From assembly GCA_035708525.1 (NCBI GenBank), contig DASSSH010000026.1, forward strand, positions 478 to 64,477: a stretch of DNA of 64,000 bases, given 5' to 3'. Origin of the DNA: Candidatus Methylomirabilota bacterium. GTDB lineage: Bacteria; Methylomirabilota; Methylomirabilia; Rokubacteriales; CSP1-6. Made by a program: the position numbers and the translations under genes. The notes beneath the pieces were generated by a model that saw only the letters and a list, made by a program, of their open reading frames with translations, had not been told where the DNA came from and ran no database searches. Below are positions 25,153 to 34,918 of the stretch, one piece after another (the first letter of the stretch is position 1; each line of letters begins with the position of its first letter).

Positions 25153-26034
25153 GTGGCGCTTTCACGGCGTAGCCTTTTCCTGCTCCTGCCCGCGCTCGCC
25201 CAGCTCCCCGCGTCCCTGCTCGCGGCCGCCGCGGCCCATGCCACCGGCGGCCCGGGCGATCCACCCGCGCCGCTCCCCGAGGCGAAGGGCCATGACGTCG
25301 CCCAGCGCACCGTGATCGTCAACGCGGACGACTTCGGTGAGAGCGTGGGCGTCAACCGCGGCATCATCGAGGCCCACGAGCGCGGGGTCGTCACGAGCGC
25401 GAGCCTCATGGTCGGCCGGCCGGGCACCGTCGCGGCCGTGGCCCTGGCGCGTCAGCGTCCGGATCTGAGCCTGGGGCTCCACGTCAATCTCGACGGCATC
25501 GGTCTCGCCCTGATCGGACAGGAGCGTCTGGACGTCCTCGGCCGGGAGATCGAGCGGCAGTTCAAGATGTTCACTGACCTGACCGGCAGCTTGCCGACCC
25601 ATCTCGACTCCCATCATCACGTGCACCGGCAGCTGAACGTCGCGCGCCTCTTCCTCACCCTCAGCCAGCGTCACGGGATCCCGCTCCGCGGGTTCTCCGA
25701 TGTGGTCTATCTCGGTGGGTTCTACGCGCAGTGGGATTTCGGCAAGTTCGACCGGAGGCACATCAGCGTCGAGTATCTGATCACCCTGTTCGGAAAGGCG
25801 GCGCCGGGCTTCACCGAGATCGGTTGCCATCCGGGCTACACAGACTTCGTTGCTGACGCGGCCTACAGCTGGCAGCGCGAGGTCGAGCTGAATACGCTCA
25901 CGGATCCCCGCGCCAAGGCGAGCCTCTTGGCCCTGGGGATTCGGCTCGTGAACTACCGTGACTACGGGTCCACGGTGGGCGTGACGGCTGCCCAGGCCTC
26001 CGTGCCGGGCTGCCAGTCGACCATGACCCGCTGA
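25153..26034 (+). CDS. ChbG/YdjC/HpnK-family carbohydrate deacetylase with a Tat-type signal
   Basis: GTG 25153 after an AGGAGGG RBS. SRRSLFLLLPALA (twin-Arg), VIVNADDFGESVGVNRGIIEAHERGVVTSASLMV, LGLHVNL. Confidence 0.82.
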   Translation: MALSRRSLFLLLPALAQLPASLLAAAAAHATGGPGDPPAPLPEAKGHDVAQRTVIVNADDFGESVGVNRGIIEAHERGVVTSASLMVGRPGTVAAVALARQRPDLSLGLHVNLDGIGLALIGQERLDVLGREIERQFKMFTDLTGSLPTHLDSHHHVHRQLNVARLFLTLSQRHGIPLRGFSDVVYLGGFYAQWDFGKFDRRHISVEYLITLFGKAAPGFTEIGCHPGYTDFVADAAYSWQREVELNTLTDPRAKASLLALGIRLVNYRDYGSTVGVTAAQASVPGCQSTMTR

Positions 26035-26105
26035 GCCGGCTCGTGGAAGGGAATATGGCCCGCGCCGGTTCGTGTGTCGAGTCCTGGATCACCAGGTTCC
26101 CGCGG

Positions 26106-27260
26106 TTACATCACTTGATCTAGTAAGCGGGTGAGCACCTTCTTCGAGTCCAGATACTCCTCGGCGATCCGCCGGGCAGAGCGGGAGTGGCGGTCGTAAT
26201 TGGCGGCAATCCGATCTAGCGCTTCCGCCGCCTCGTCGACGGACCGGAAACCGAACAGGCCCTCGCCGACCGGCAACCACCGCTCGAACCCGCTGGGCTG
26301 CGTCACCACCGGGCGGCCGCTGGCCAGATAGCACGAGCTTCGGTCGCTGAACCATCCGCTGGGCAGGCTGCGATAGATCTCCTTGACCACGGTGAACTCC
26401 CCCGCCGACGCCCGGATGAACTGGGCAAATGCATGACAGGACATGGTTACCGGCTCAGGGTCGATGCACCTCCAGCCGCGGGATTCGAAGCGCGACCGCA
26501 CGTCGCCGGGCATGGTCTGCATGCCGATCGTCATCGTCCAGCGGGAGGCGCGACGGGGCAGGTCGATGACCTTCATCCATTCGACCCCTTTACTGGACAG
26601 ATATCGCCTGCCTTCGAACTCCACGTGGCGGTCGGTCGCGTGCTCCCACTTGCCGACGGTCGTAAAGTCGCGCGAGATCGCCGGCACCACGGGCCAATGC
26701 GGGAGGCAGACCGGCTGACAGGTTGGAACCCAGTCGATCCCGTGAGTGGGGATCGAACACTCGCTCGTTCCGATCAATCTCCCAAAGGTCGCGGCCCGAT
26801 CGAACTGCCGGTAGTAGTCGAGAAACTCCGTGTCATCCTGCATCCGAAGTTGCGTGAACGCTGGATCCGTGTCGATCACCGCTGCCCGCCGGGGCCGGGG
26901 TCGGTCCGGTCGCACCGCCGTCACACCGCTGACGCAGAGGAGCAGGTCGGCTCGACGGAGCAGATCGTGAAGCTCCGCCCGGGTCAGCCCATAATATTCA
27001 CCCCGGGATTGCGCGTAATAGCAGTAGCGCAGCGCCAGGCCGTGCTCCCGGAGGGTCGTCTCCAGGTACTCGATTCCGTAGGTCGGATCGGCGTCGCATG
27101 TCCGCGTGGCAGGGTTATAGGGGACGGCGTCGTCTCCGGAATCCTCCAGGAACCAGACCTCGTGCCCCAGTTCGTGCAGGCCGAGCAGGTAGTTCAGATG
27201 ATGCCAAGTCATTCCGCCGAGCGGGAAGGCGACGATGTATCCGCCGACGACAATGGTCAT
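26106..27260 (-). CDS. CgeB-like GT-B glycosyltransferase-like protein, paralogue A
   Basis: N-terminus IVVGGYIVAFPLGGMTWHHLNYLLGLHELGHEVWFLEDSG. C-terminus GWFSDRSSCYLASGRPVVTQPSGF...EAAEALDRIAANYDRHSRSARRIA (Glyco_trans_1_2-like). Confidence 0.78.
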   Translation of the reverse strand: MTIVVGGYIVAFPLGGMTWHHLNYLLGLHELGHEVWFLEDSGDDAVPYNPATRTCDADPTYGIEYLETTLREHGLALRYCYYAQSRGEYYGLTRAELHDLLRRADLLLCVSGVTAVRPDRPRPRRAAVIDTDPAFTQLRMQDDTEFLDYYRQFDRAATFGRLIGTSECSIPTHGIDWVPTCQPVCLPHWPVVPAISRDFTTVGKWEHATDRHVEFEGRRYLSSKGVEWMKVIDLPRRASRWTMTIGMQTMPGDVRSRFESRGWRCIDPEPVTMSCHAFAQFIRASAGEFTVVKEIYRSLPSGWFSDRSSCYLASGRPVVTQPSGFERWLPVGEGLFGFRSVDEAAEALDRIAANYDRHSRSARRIAEEYLDSKKVLTRLLDQVM

Positions 27261-27291
27261 GAGACGCCGGACCCTCCGCCGTGTTCTCCAC

Positions 27292-28446
27292 TCAACCTGC
27301 GAGCGCGGCCTCGACGAGGCGTTCGAGCACCTTGCGCGCGTCGAAATACTGGTGCGCGATCTCACGCGCCGCGCGGGCGTGGGCGTCATAATTCGCCTCG
27401 ACCTCGCGGATGTCGGCGACCGCCTCGTCCGGATTGGAGAAAGAGAGTACCCCGCGCCCGGTCGGGATCACCGCGTCGAAACCCGTGTCCTCGACCACGA
27501 CCGGCCTACCGGCTGCCAGGTAGCACGCGGATCGGCAGGAAAACCAGCCCGACTTACCTACGACATAGCCGTTCTTCGCGACGCTCCATTCGGCCTTCGA
27601 GGCTGAAAGATAGTGTCGGTAGGAGTCGAGGTCGGGGCACACCGTGTCCGGGTCGGCGAGGCGCCAGCCCTTGTGACGCAGGAGATCGTACGGCGTCTTG
27701 CGCGTCTTTCCGAGGTTCACGGCGATCTCGAGCTCGGTCGGCTTCACCCGTGCCGGCAGGTCGATGAAGCGCTCGAACTCGATGTCCTTCTGGCCATAAC
27801 GCACGCCCTCGTGGACGATCGGCCGCGCCGTGGTCCAGTTCATGACGGTGGTGAACACCTCGCGGCGCTCGTCGATGGCTGGCCATTCGTCGAGCAGGAT
27901 CGGCTGGCGCGTCGGGATCCACGCATACTGCGTCGGTGGCGTGTTACCAGGCAGCGCCTCGCCAAAGCTGAAATGCACATCGTGCGCGACCATCAGCGAG
28001 GCGAGGCTCGTCTCGCCGCGCGCGAGCTTCACCTGGGTGAACACGGGATCGCTGTCGATATAGGCGAGCCGACGCACCGAGCGGTACTTCGCCGGGGCGG
28101 CCAGCGTTCCCGAAATGTTGAGCAGGAGGTCGGCGGTCTCGATGACCTCCTTGCGGCTCGCGTCCGACAGCCCGAACCACTGCGACCCGTGCGGGAAGCA
28201 ATAGGCCCAGCGGCTCCCCAGCCCAAAGCGATCCATCAACTGCTGCAGATAGCGAACGTTGTAGTCGCATATCTTGCTGATGCCGCCTTCCTCCGGGTTG
28301 TAGGGCCAGATGCCCGTGTCCTCGACGTAGTAGGCGTCGTAGCCGAGCCGCGCGAGCCCTGCGACATATTGCACGTAGTCCCAGGCGACGCCACCCAGGG
28401 GATACTGCGCGATCAGCCCGGAGACGATGATCCGCGGGCGGGGCAT
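27292..28446 (-). CDS. CgeB-like GT-B glycosyltransferase-like protein, paralogue B
   Basis: IIVSGLIAQYPLGGVAWDYVQYVAGLARLGYDAYYVEDTG ... GWFSCRSACYLAAGRPVVVEDTGF. Same length as paralogue A. Confidence 0.82.
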   Translation of the reverse strand: MPRPRIIVSGLIAQYPLGGVAWDYVQYVAGLARLGYDAYYVEDTGIWPYNPEEGGISKICDYNVRYLQQLMDRFGLGSRWAYCFPHGSQWFGLSDASRKEVIETADLLLNISGTLAAPAKYRSVRRLAYIDSDPVFTQVKLARGETSLASLMVAHDVHFSFGEALPGNTPPTQYAWIPTRQPILLDEWPAIDERREVFTTVMNWTTARPIVHEGVRYGQKDIEFERFIDLPARVKPTELEIAVNLGKTRKTPYDLLRHKGWRLADPDTVCPDLDSYRHYLSASKAEWSVAKNGYVVGKSGWFSCRSACYLAAGRPVVVEDTGFDAVIPTGRGVLSFSNPDEAVADIREVEANYDAHARAAREIAHQYFDARKVLERLVEAALAG

Positions 28447-29090
28447 CAGGATTGGGGCGAGTCCATCGTGGCGTGACAGCGCGCAACTGGGGGAAGACTG
28501 CGTCGGGTTACCGAGGGGTCCCCTTTCTCACTTCCCCGTGACGGATCGCGGGTCGGCGCCGGCTGCTCGTGGAAGCCGTAGAGGCGCCAGACGGAGCCTT
28601 CGCGCCGGGCCACTTCCGGCTCGCGCTCCCACCAGAGAAACGTCACCCATCTCTTCACGATTGGCAGACGGCCGGAGACCTCTCCGGTCGTGTAGACCCG
28701 CGCGGCGCCGTCCACCATGTCCACCGCGTCGATGGTGACCCGGGCGCGCACGGCCTCGTACAACCCGAAGATTCCCAGGAGCTGCTCGCGGATCAGCGCC
28801 TTGGTCAGCAGCCCGCTCCGGTATTGATCCGAGACGTAGGCGAGGACGCCGGCCGCATCGCGAGCCTCGAAGCGCTCTCGGGCCCGGGCCAGGGTGGCTT
28901 GGAGCTCCTGAACCGTCTGCGCGGAAGCGGCCGTGAAGCCCGGGGCGGCGGCGGCCGGCGGAGGTGGCTGCGCCGCACGCGCCACGGCCGTCCAGGACGC
29001 CTCCGCGAGAGCGAGCGTCAGGATGAGCGCGAGGGCAATCTGGGCGCGGCGGTCAGAGGCCGGCCTCGCGGCACAGCTCCGCGAGCACAT
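28446..29090 (-). CDS. secreted NTF2/SnoaL-like (DUF4440-like) protein
   Basis: Signal-like IALALILTLALAEA, then FEARDAAGVLAYVSDQY...ARVYTTGEVSG...WRLYGF. The junctions overlap both flanking GT-like genes. The exact start is uncertain. Confidence 0.55.
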   Translation of the reverse strand: MCSRSCAARPASDRRAQIALALILTLALAEASWTAVARAAQPPPPAAAAPGFTAASAQTVQELQATLARARERFEARDAAGVLAYVSDQYRSGLLTKALIREQLLGIFGLYEAVRARVTIDAVDMVDGAARVYTTGEVSGRLPIVKRWVTFLWWEREPEVARREGSVWRLYGFHEQPAPTRDPSRGSEKGDPSVTRRSLPPVARCHATMDSPQS

Positions 29091-30213
29091 GGTCCGAGCC
29101 GAAGTACTCCGCCGCGACCTCGCGTGCCGCGCGGCACTGGTCGGCGTAGTCGAGATTGATCTCGTCGATGGCCGCAGCCGCCTCCTCGCACGTCGAGAAC
29201 GCGAAGAGCCCGCGACCCGTCGGGATGAACTTGCTGAAACCGGTCTCCTGGGTGACCACCGGCTTGCCGGCGGCCAGGTAGCAGACGCTGCGATCGCTGA
29301 ACCAGCCGCAGTGCGTACGCGCTACCAGATCCTTCGCGACCGTAAACTCGCCCCGGGAGCCGTAGATGTGCGCCTGGTACGTGGCGGTGTCGCGGGATTT
29401 CTCGAAAGGATCCGCGAGTCGCCAGCCGCGACCGCGCAGGAGCCGATCCGTGTCAGCATCCGTCTCGATGGCCAGCTCCAGCGGCTGTGGGGTCAGGCTC
29501 GGGAGGTTCATGAATCGCAGGAAGTTGACATGCTTGGACCAGGAGTATGTCTCTCCCGCGAAATGGATGTCCTTTCCGACGTTCTTCCAAGTGCCGACCG
29601 TGGTGAACGCGGCGGCCGAGGGATCGAAGCGCGGCTCCCAGAGGTCGAGCACGACGGGCGGCCGGGTCGCTCTCCAGTGGAGCTCGCCCAGGGGAATCGG
29701 GCAGTCGGGCCCACCCAGGTTCTCGCCGTACGTGAAGTGGTGGGTGTGAGCCGAGAGCGCGGCCCGGGCCCGCTGGTTGTTCTGGGCCAGGAGGATCTGG
29801 TCGTGCACGGGGTCGGTCTGCACGTAGATGCGGATGGGGCAGCGCAGGTGCTCCTCGCCCAGGCGGCTGGCGCCGCACACGTTGACCAGCGCGTCGGCCT
29901 CGCGGTAAAGCCGCTCGAGCTGCTCGCGGGGCAGGCCGTAACAGCGGCCACTGGCCCCATCCCGGTACACCCAGCGATCGGCGAGCCCGAACCGCTCCAT
30001 GGTCCGACGGAGGAATTCGACGCTGTAGGCACAGTCCTCGACCACGCTCTGGAGCCTCGGATCGTAGGGCGGCGCGGCCGAGTCCTCGACGTAGTACACG
30101 TCGTGACCCAGGCGGCTCAAGCCGACCAGATGGTGGACCGCCTGCCAGCCGATTCCCCCCATCGGGTACTGCCCCGCGAGATGGAGGACCAGGATCCGCT
30201 TACGGGACGGCAA
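29053..30213 (-). CDS. CgeB-like GT-B glycosyltransferase-like protein, paralogue C
   Basis: ILVLHLAGQYPMGGIGWQAVHHLVGLSRLGHDVYYVEDSA ... GWFSDRSVCYLAAGKPVVTQETGF...EEAAAAIDEINLDYADQCRAAREVA. Confidence 0.82.
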   Translation of the reverse strand: MPSRKRILVLHLAGQYPMGGIGWQAVHHLVGLSRLGHDVYYVEDSAAPPYDPRLQSVVEDCAYSVEFLRRTMERFGLADRWVYRDGASGRCYGLPREQLERLYREADALVNVCGASRLGEEHLRCPIRIYVQTDPVHDQILLAQNNQRARAALSAHTHHFTYGENLGGPDCPIPLGELHWRATRPPVVLDLWEPRFDPSAAAFTTVGTWKNVGKDIHFAGETYSWSKHVNFLRFMNLPSLTPQPLELAIETDADTDRLLRGRGWRLADPFEKSRDTATYQAHIYGSRGEFTVAKDLVARTHCGWFSDRSVCYLAAGKPVVTQETGFSKFIPTGRGLFAFSTCEEAAAAIDEINLDYADQCRAAREVAAEYFGSDHVLAELCREAGL

Positions 30214-31984
30214 GGGGGCTCTCCTCCGGGACGCCGCCCTGCAGCCGGTAGAGGGCCGCGAAGGTGCCCCGGCCCTCCATGAGGGCTTCGAAGCCGCCTT
30301 GCTCCACGATCCGGCCGTCCCGCAGGACCACGATGAGGTCGGCCCGCCGCGCCGTGGAGAGCCGGTGAGCGATGATGAAGGTCGTGCGCCCCGCCGTCAG
30401 CCGCTCGAGCCCCTGCATGACGAGCGCCTCGGTCTCGGCGTCGAGGGCTGAGGTGGGCTCGTCCAGGATCAGGATCGGCGAGTCGCGGAGGAGGGCGCGC
30501 GCGATGGTGATCCGCTGCTTCTCGCCCTCCGACAGCGTGACGCCTTGCTCCCCGACCACGGTGTGGTATCCCCGGGGCAACCGGCTGATCATCCCATCGA
30601 TGCGGGCCAGCCGGGCGGCGGCCACGATCTCGTCGGGCCGCGCGCCCGGGCGCCCGAACGCGATGTTGTCGCCCAGCGTGGCCGGGAAGACGAGCGGCGG
30701 CTGGAGCACCATGGCGATCTGGCGACGCAGCGAGGCAAGCTGGTATTCCCGCACGTCGACGCCGTCCACGAGGAGCCGGCCCGCCGTGCAGTCGTAGAAG
30801 CGCGGGAGGAGACTCAGCAGGGTGGACTTGCCGGCGCCCGTCGGGCCGACGATGGCCACCTTTTGCCCCGCCCGGACACGAAGGGTCACGCCGTTCAGCA
30901 CGGGCTGGCCCCGCGTGTACTCGAAGGCGACGTCCTCCCACGCGACCTCGCCCCGGACGCCCTTCGGAACGGTGCGCGGACCATCCGCGATGTCCCGCTC
31001 CACGTCCAGCAGGTCGAAGACGCGCCGCACGCCCACCTTGGACCCCTGGGCGAGCCCGTAGGTCTGGAACATGCTGTTGATGGGACCGTAGAGCGAAGCC
31101 AGATAGGAGACGAAGATCACCAGCGATCCGACGCTCAGCGAGCCGTCCAGGACGTGGCGCGCCCCCACCCAGACGACGGCAGCGGTGCCGAGCGCGATCA
31201 CCACGTTGATCACGCACGAGTAGGAGGTCTGCAGCGTGTAGAGCCGCAGGCCTGCCGCCAGGCTGTGGCGGTTGGCGGTCATGAACCGGCTGTGCTCGTC
31301 GTCCTCGCGCGTGAAGGCCTGGATCACCCGCATCGTGGACATGGCCTGCTGGACGACGGCGTACATCTCGCTCTCGCGCTCGCGCGCGTGCCCCGCCACT
31401 CGCGTGATCCGGCCGTTGAGCCGCGCGATCGCCGCGAACAGCGCCGGGCACACGGCGAGCGCGAGGAGCGTGAGCTTCCAGTCGAGGTGGAGCATGATCG
31501 CGCCCATTCCCGCCAGGAGGACCAGCGCCGTCGCGGCCGGGAAGAGGCAGTTCATGGTGAGGCTCTGCAGCGCGAAGGTGTCGGCGGTGACCCGATAGAG
31601 CAGGTCGCCCACCTGTGCGCGGCTGTGGAAGGCGAGGGAGAGCCGGTGGAGGTGGCCGTACAGATCGCTCCGCAGGTCGCTCACCATTCGCTGCCCGACG
31701 CGGATCGTGGTGTAGTTGTTCAGCACGGTCAGCGCGCCCAGCGTGGCGTAGATGAGCACCAGCGCCACGCACGCCGCGAGCAGCAAGGCCTCGCGGGACC
31801 ATCTGGCCGGCCACCCCCACGGAGCCGGCTGTCCGCCCAGCACCGAGTCGATGATGACCTTGAGCGGCCAGGGCTTGAGCAGCTCACAGCCGGCGATGAG
31901 CAGGACCTGGCCGAGGGCCCAGAGCAAGGTGAGGCGATGCGGCCGGAGATAGCCGAGGACGCGGCCCGCGACCCCGCCGCTCAC
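30200..31984 (-). CDS. ABC exporter, fused permease/ATPase (MsbA-type)
   Basis: The GTG start overlaps the upstream stop (GTGA at 31981-31984). Six-TM domain, Walker A GPTGAGKST, signature LSEGEKQR, Walker B ILILDEPTS. The upstream part of ORF 30200..33817 is out-of-frame overlap with the synthase gene (GC artefact). Confidence 0.9.
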   Translation of the reverse strand: MSGGVAGRVLGYLRPHRLTLLWALGQVLLIAGCELLKPWPLKVIIDSVLGGQPAPWGWPARWSREALLLAACVALVLIYATLGALTVLNNYTTIRVGQRMVSDLRSDLYGHLHRLSLAFHSRAQVGDLLYRVTADTFALQSLTMNCLFPAATALVLLAGMGAIMLHLDWKLTLLALAVCPALFAAIARLNGRITRVAGHARERESEMYAVVQQAMSTMRVIQAFTREDDEHSRFMTANRHSLAAGLRLYTLQTSYSCVINVVIALGTAAVVWVGARHVLDGSLSVGSLVIFVSYLASLYGPINSMFQTYGLAQGSKVGVRRVFDLLDVERDIADGPRTVPKGVRGEVAWEDVAFEYTRGQPVLNGVTLRVRAGQKVAIVGPTGAGKSTLLSLLPRFYDCTAGRLLVDGVDVREYQLASLRRQIAMVLQPPLVFPATLGDNIAFGRPGARPDEIVAAARLARIDGMISRLPRGYHTVVGEQGVTLSEGEKQRITIARALLRDSPILILDEPTSALDAETEALVMQGLERLTAGRTTFIIAHRLSTARRADLIVVLRDGRIVEQGGFEALMEGRGTFAALYRLQGGVPEESPLAVP

Positions 31985-34560
31985 TTCGTCTCCGGCGCCC
32001 GCGCCTGAAGCGGCGGCGCGTAATGGAGCCGGGCCCGGCGCGCCACCGCCTGAAGCGAGCGGTGCAGCGTCCGGCCGAGATTGAGCCCTTCGCGCGCGAA
32101 AGCCAGCCCCCCGACCGCGGCCACGCCGAGGGCGGCCGCGGCCGCGAGCGGCGAGCCGAGCGTCACGGCCAGAGTGCCCAGCAGCAATGCTCCGGCGCCG
32201 ACCAGCCGGGTGAGCAGGGAGGTCCGTAGCGCGCACTTGACGCGCATGACCCGGCGGCCCGCGCAGTGATACTCGGTAGCCACCTTGACACGAGCACGCG
32301 ACCAGAACCCTCCGTACACCTGGAGATCCCACTCGCTCCATCCCTGATCGACGAGGACGAAGTACTGCCGGGCCGTGACGGCCTCTCGCAGGCCGTGCAG
32401 GAGGGTTTCCTTCTCGAGGCCGTTTTCGGTCCAGTAGGAGACGGCGAACGCCCGCTCGCGCCAGGATACCGGCAGGCTGCGGGCCGGGCGATCCTCCTCC
32501 ACGGGCTTCGCCGCCGAGATGCCACGCGCCAGCCAGCGATAGCGCTCGAAGCAGCGCAGCAGTGGTCCCACATAGGTGAGCAGCGCGATCAGCAGGCGGC
32601 CCCGAAGATTGTCCGCCCGCGGGTCCACGCGGGCGCGGAGCGCAGCACCCAGGCAGCAGCCCCACGTCAGCAGCAGCGGGACGGCGCCGAACCAGGCCCA
32701 GCCGCCCCGGACGAACGCGTAGGCGAGGAGGGCGGCAGCCGCCACGCTCCACTCGAGCGTGAAGGGCAGGTACGAGTAGAAGCTCGACGGGGGGTGGTAG
32801 AGCGTCTGGAACAGGCCGCGTCCGAACACGCCGCCGTAGATCACCGGGCGCCGCAGCGAGAACAGCGAGGTGAACAGGGAGTAGATCCCGCCGTAGATCC
32901 GGCCGCGCCAGCGTGAGTAGCCGAGGGCGTTGAAGCGCTGCGGGTGCCGGAAGTAGAGCAGGCCCTCGGCCTTGCCGTAGCCTCGCTGCTGCCCGATATA
33001 GGCCTTGACGGTGTTGCGCCGGAAGTGCCAGACCATGGCGGCAGGGCTGAAGGCGATGCGGTAGCCGCGCTCCTGGAGCCGCCAGCAGAGGTCCACGTCG
33101 TCGCCGGCCGCGCGGTAGATCGGATCGAACCCGCCGAGCTCCTCGAGCACCTCCCGGCGGAAGGCCATGTTGCAGCCGGGAATGTGCTCGGCCTCTTCGT
33201 CGTTCAGCAGCACGTGCAGCGGCCCGCCCGGAGAGGCGGCGACGCAGGTGGCGACCAGGGAGTCCTCCGGCGGCGGCAGATTGGGCCCGCCGACCGCCAC
33301 CCCGCCCGAGGAGAGGAAGGTGGCCACCAGATAGTGCAGCCAGTCGGGATCCACGATGCAGTCGGAGTCGGTGAAGGCGACGATCTCGCCGGTGGACGCG
33401 GCGATGCCGACGTTCCGGGCGGCGCTCAGGCCCTTGTTCTCCTGGTGGATCACGTGGATGCCTTCGTACTGGTCGGCGATCTCTCCCGTGCGGTCGGTGG
33501 AGCCGTCGTCGACCACCACGACCTCGTAGGCGGGGTAGCGGAGCTCCCGGAGCGAATCGAGGCAGGCGGCCATGGTGCTCTCGGCGTTGTAGGCGCAGAC
33601 CACGACGGAGACCTTCGGGTACTCCACGAGGGCGGGCAGCGCGTCGGTCGCGTACCAGCGCCGGACCGCCCGGTAGGCGGCCTTCGTCCGTCGCTCGCGG
33701 TCGACCAGCCCGAAGCCCCAGTCGCGCACCTCCTCGCCGCCCGTGAACCACTCGTCGGTGAGCGCGAAGACATAGGTGCCCGCCGCGCCCATCTCGAGCG
33801 CCGTGCGCACCTGCCACGACAGCGTCTCGGCCTGCTCCTGCTCGCCGTGACGGAACGAGTCCATGCCGAACTCCGTGAGGACGAGGGGCCGGTCCCCCGC
33901 CAGCGTGTGCAAACGGTAGAGGTACCGGCGCAGGTCGGCCTCGCGGTGGAGGTACACGTTGAAAGCCAGGAAGTCCGTGAAGTCGGTCTCCAGATACTCG
34001 GTGGAGGGGAAGTTGGCGTAGCCGACGAGCGACTCGGGATCGATGCCTCGCACGACGTCCACCAGCTCGCGGAGGAAGCCGGCGACCCGCGGCGCGCCAT
34101 ACCAGCGGACGATGTCAGGGGGGATCTCATTGCCCACGAGATACGCGGCCAGCGCGGGATGGTCCGCGCAGCTGGTCACCGCCTCCGCGACCGTGCGACG
34201 GATGGACCGGGTCAGCGGCTTCGAATCGAGAAAGCAGACGTGCTCGGCCCACGGAAGCCCGGCCAGCACCCGCAAGTCCCGCTCCGCCGCCAGGTCGAGC
34301 AGCCAGCGGGGGGGAACGGTGAAGGTCCGGAAGGTGTTCGCCCCGAGTCCGACCATGAGGGAGAGGTCCCGCTTGACGGTCTCGCGGTCGGGAAACTGGG
34401 TGCCGAAGCCATCGGGCGCGAAAGGCCCGTAGGTGACGCCTTTGAGGAAGACCTTCTCGACTCCGGAGAAGAAGAACTTGCCGCGCGCCTCGAGCTTCCT
34501 ACCGTCTTGCAGAAGCCCACGGGGGCTCGGGGGCGGGACGGCGATCGACCGAGACTGCAC
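31981..34560 (-). CDS. fusion protein: clan GH-A TIM-barrel glycoside hydrolase domain, family 2 glycosyltransferase and a C-terminal multi-TM domain (synthase-like)
   Basis: The N-terminus has GNEIP and LTEFG (candidate acid/base and nucleophile Glu). The GT2 part has VSVVVCAYNAE, VVVVDDGSTD, FTDSD and GDDVDLCWR. The motif QQRGYG is followed by several TM helices. Confidence 0.85.
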   Translation of the reverse strand: MQSRSIAVPPPSPRGLLQDGRKLEARGKFFFSGVEKVFLKGVTYGPFAPDGFGTQFPDRETVKRDLSLMVGLGANTFRTFTVPPRWLLDLAAERDLRVLAGLPWAEHVCFLDSKPLTRSIRRTVAEAVTSCADHPALAAYLVGNEIPPDIVRWYGAPRVAGFLRELVDVVRGIDPESLVGYANFPSTEYLETDFTDFLAFNVYLHREADLRRYLYRLHTLAGDRPLVLTEFGMDSFRHGEQEQAETLSWQVRTALEMGAAGTYVFALTDEWFTGGEEVRDWGFGLVDRERRTKAAYRAVRRWYATDALPALVEYPKVSVVVCAYNAESTMAACLDSLRELRYPAYEVVVVDDGSTDRTGEIADQYEGIHVIHQENKGLSAARNVGIAASTGEIVAFTDSDCIVDPDWLHYLVATFLSSGGVAVGGPNLPPPEDSLVATCVAASPGGPLHVLLNDEEAEHIPGCNMAFRREVLEELGGFDPIYRAAGDDVDLCWRLQERGYRIAFSPAAMVWHFRRNTVKAYIGQQRGYGKAEGLLYFRHPQRFNALGYSRWRGRIYGGIYSLFTSLFSLRRPVIYGGVFGRGLFQTLYHPPSSFYSYLPFTLEWSVAAAALLAYAFVRGGWAWFGAVPLLLTWGCCLGAALRARVDPRADNLRGRLLIALLTYVGPLLRCFERYRWLARGISAAKPVEEDRPARSLPVSWRERAFAVSYWTENGLEKETLLHGLREAVTARQYFVLVDQGWSEWDLQVYGGFWSRARVKVATEYHCAGRRVMRVKCALRTSLLTRLVGAGALLLGTLAVTLGSPLAAAAALGVAAVGGLAFAREGLNLGRTLHRSLQAVARRARLHYAPPLQARAPETK

Positions 34561-34918
34561 TAACCGAGACCTCCTTGGGACGGTTGCGCTTCAGACGGGG
34601 GAGGGGTGGCCCCCCGCGGTGACTTCGCTCTCCCCGCCGACCCCCGACGGGTCAGCCCGGCCGACAGGCTCGTGGCCAAGCAGAGGCAACCGCTGTGCCA
34701 GTCCCGGCCGAAGCCTGGCGCCCGTCGAAACCCCTGACTTACAGACACTAATGAGGCCATCACGACCCGAGGGCCGCCCGTCGGCGTCAATCGGCGATAT
34801 GGTGCGTACCTTTTTTACACGTTCGCAGGCAAAAGTTACCGTCGACGCTGCGTGCTGCCGTCGGTGGCGCGATCGGGTCCGGGCTACGTGGCCGGGGTCC
34901 GAGGCCGGGAGCCTTATC

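Noticed and set aside
25102-25153. TGA 25102-25104 ending the hypothetical gene is in frame with the ChbG/YdjC ORF that follows.
   Set aside because: The intervening codons are not family-like. The deacetylase has its own AGGAGGG RBS, a GTG start and a Tat signal. There is no redox motif at the TGA.
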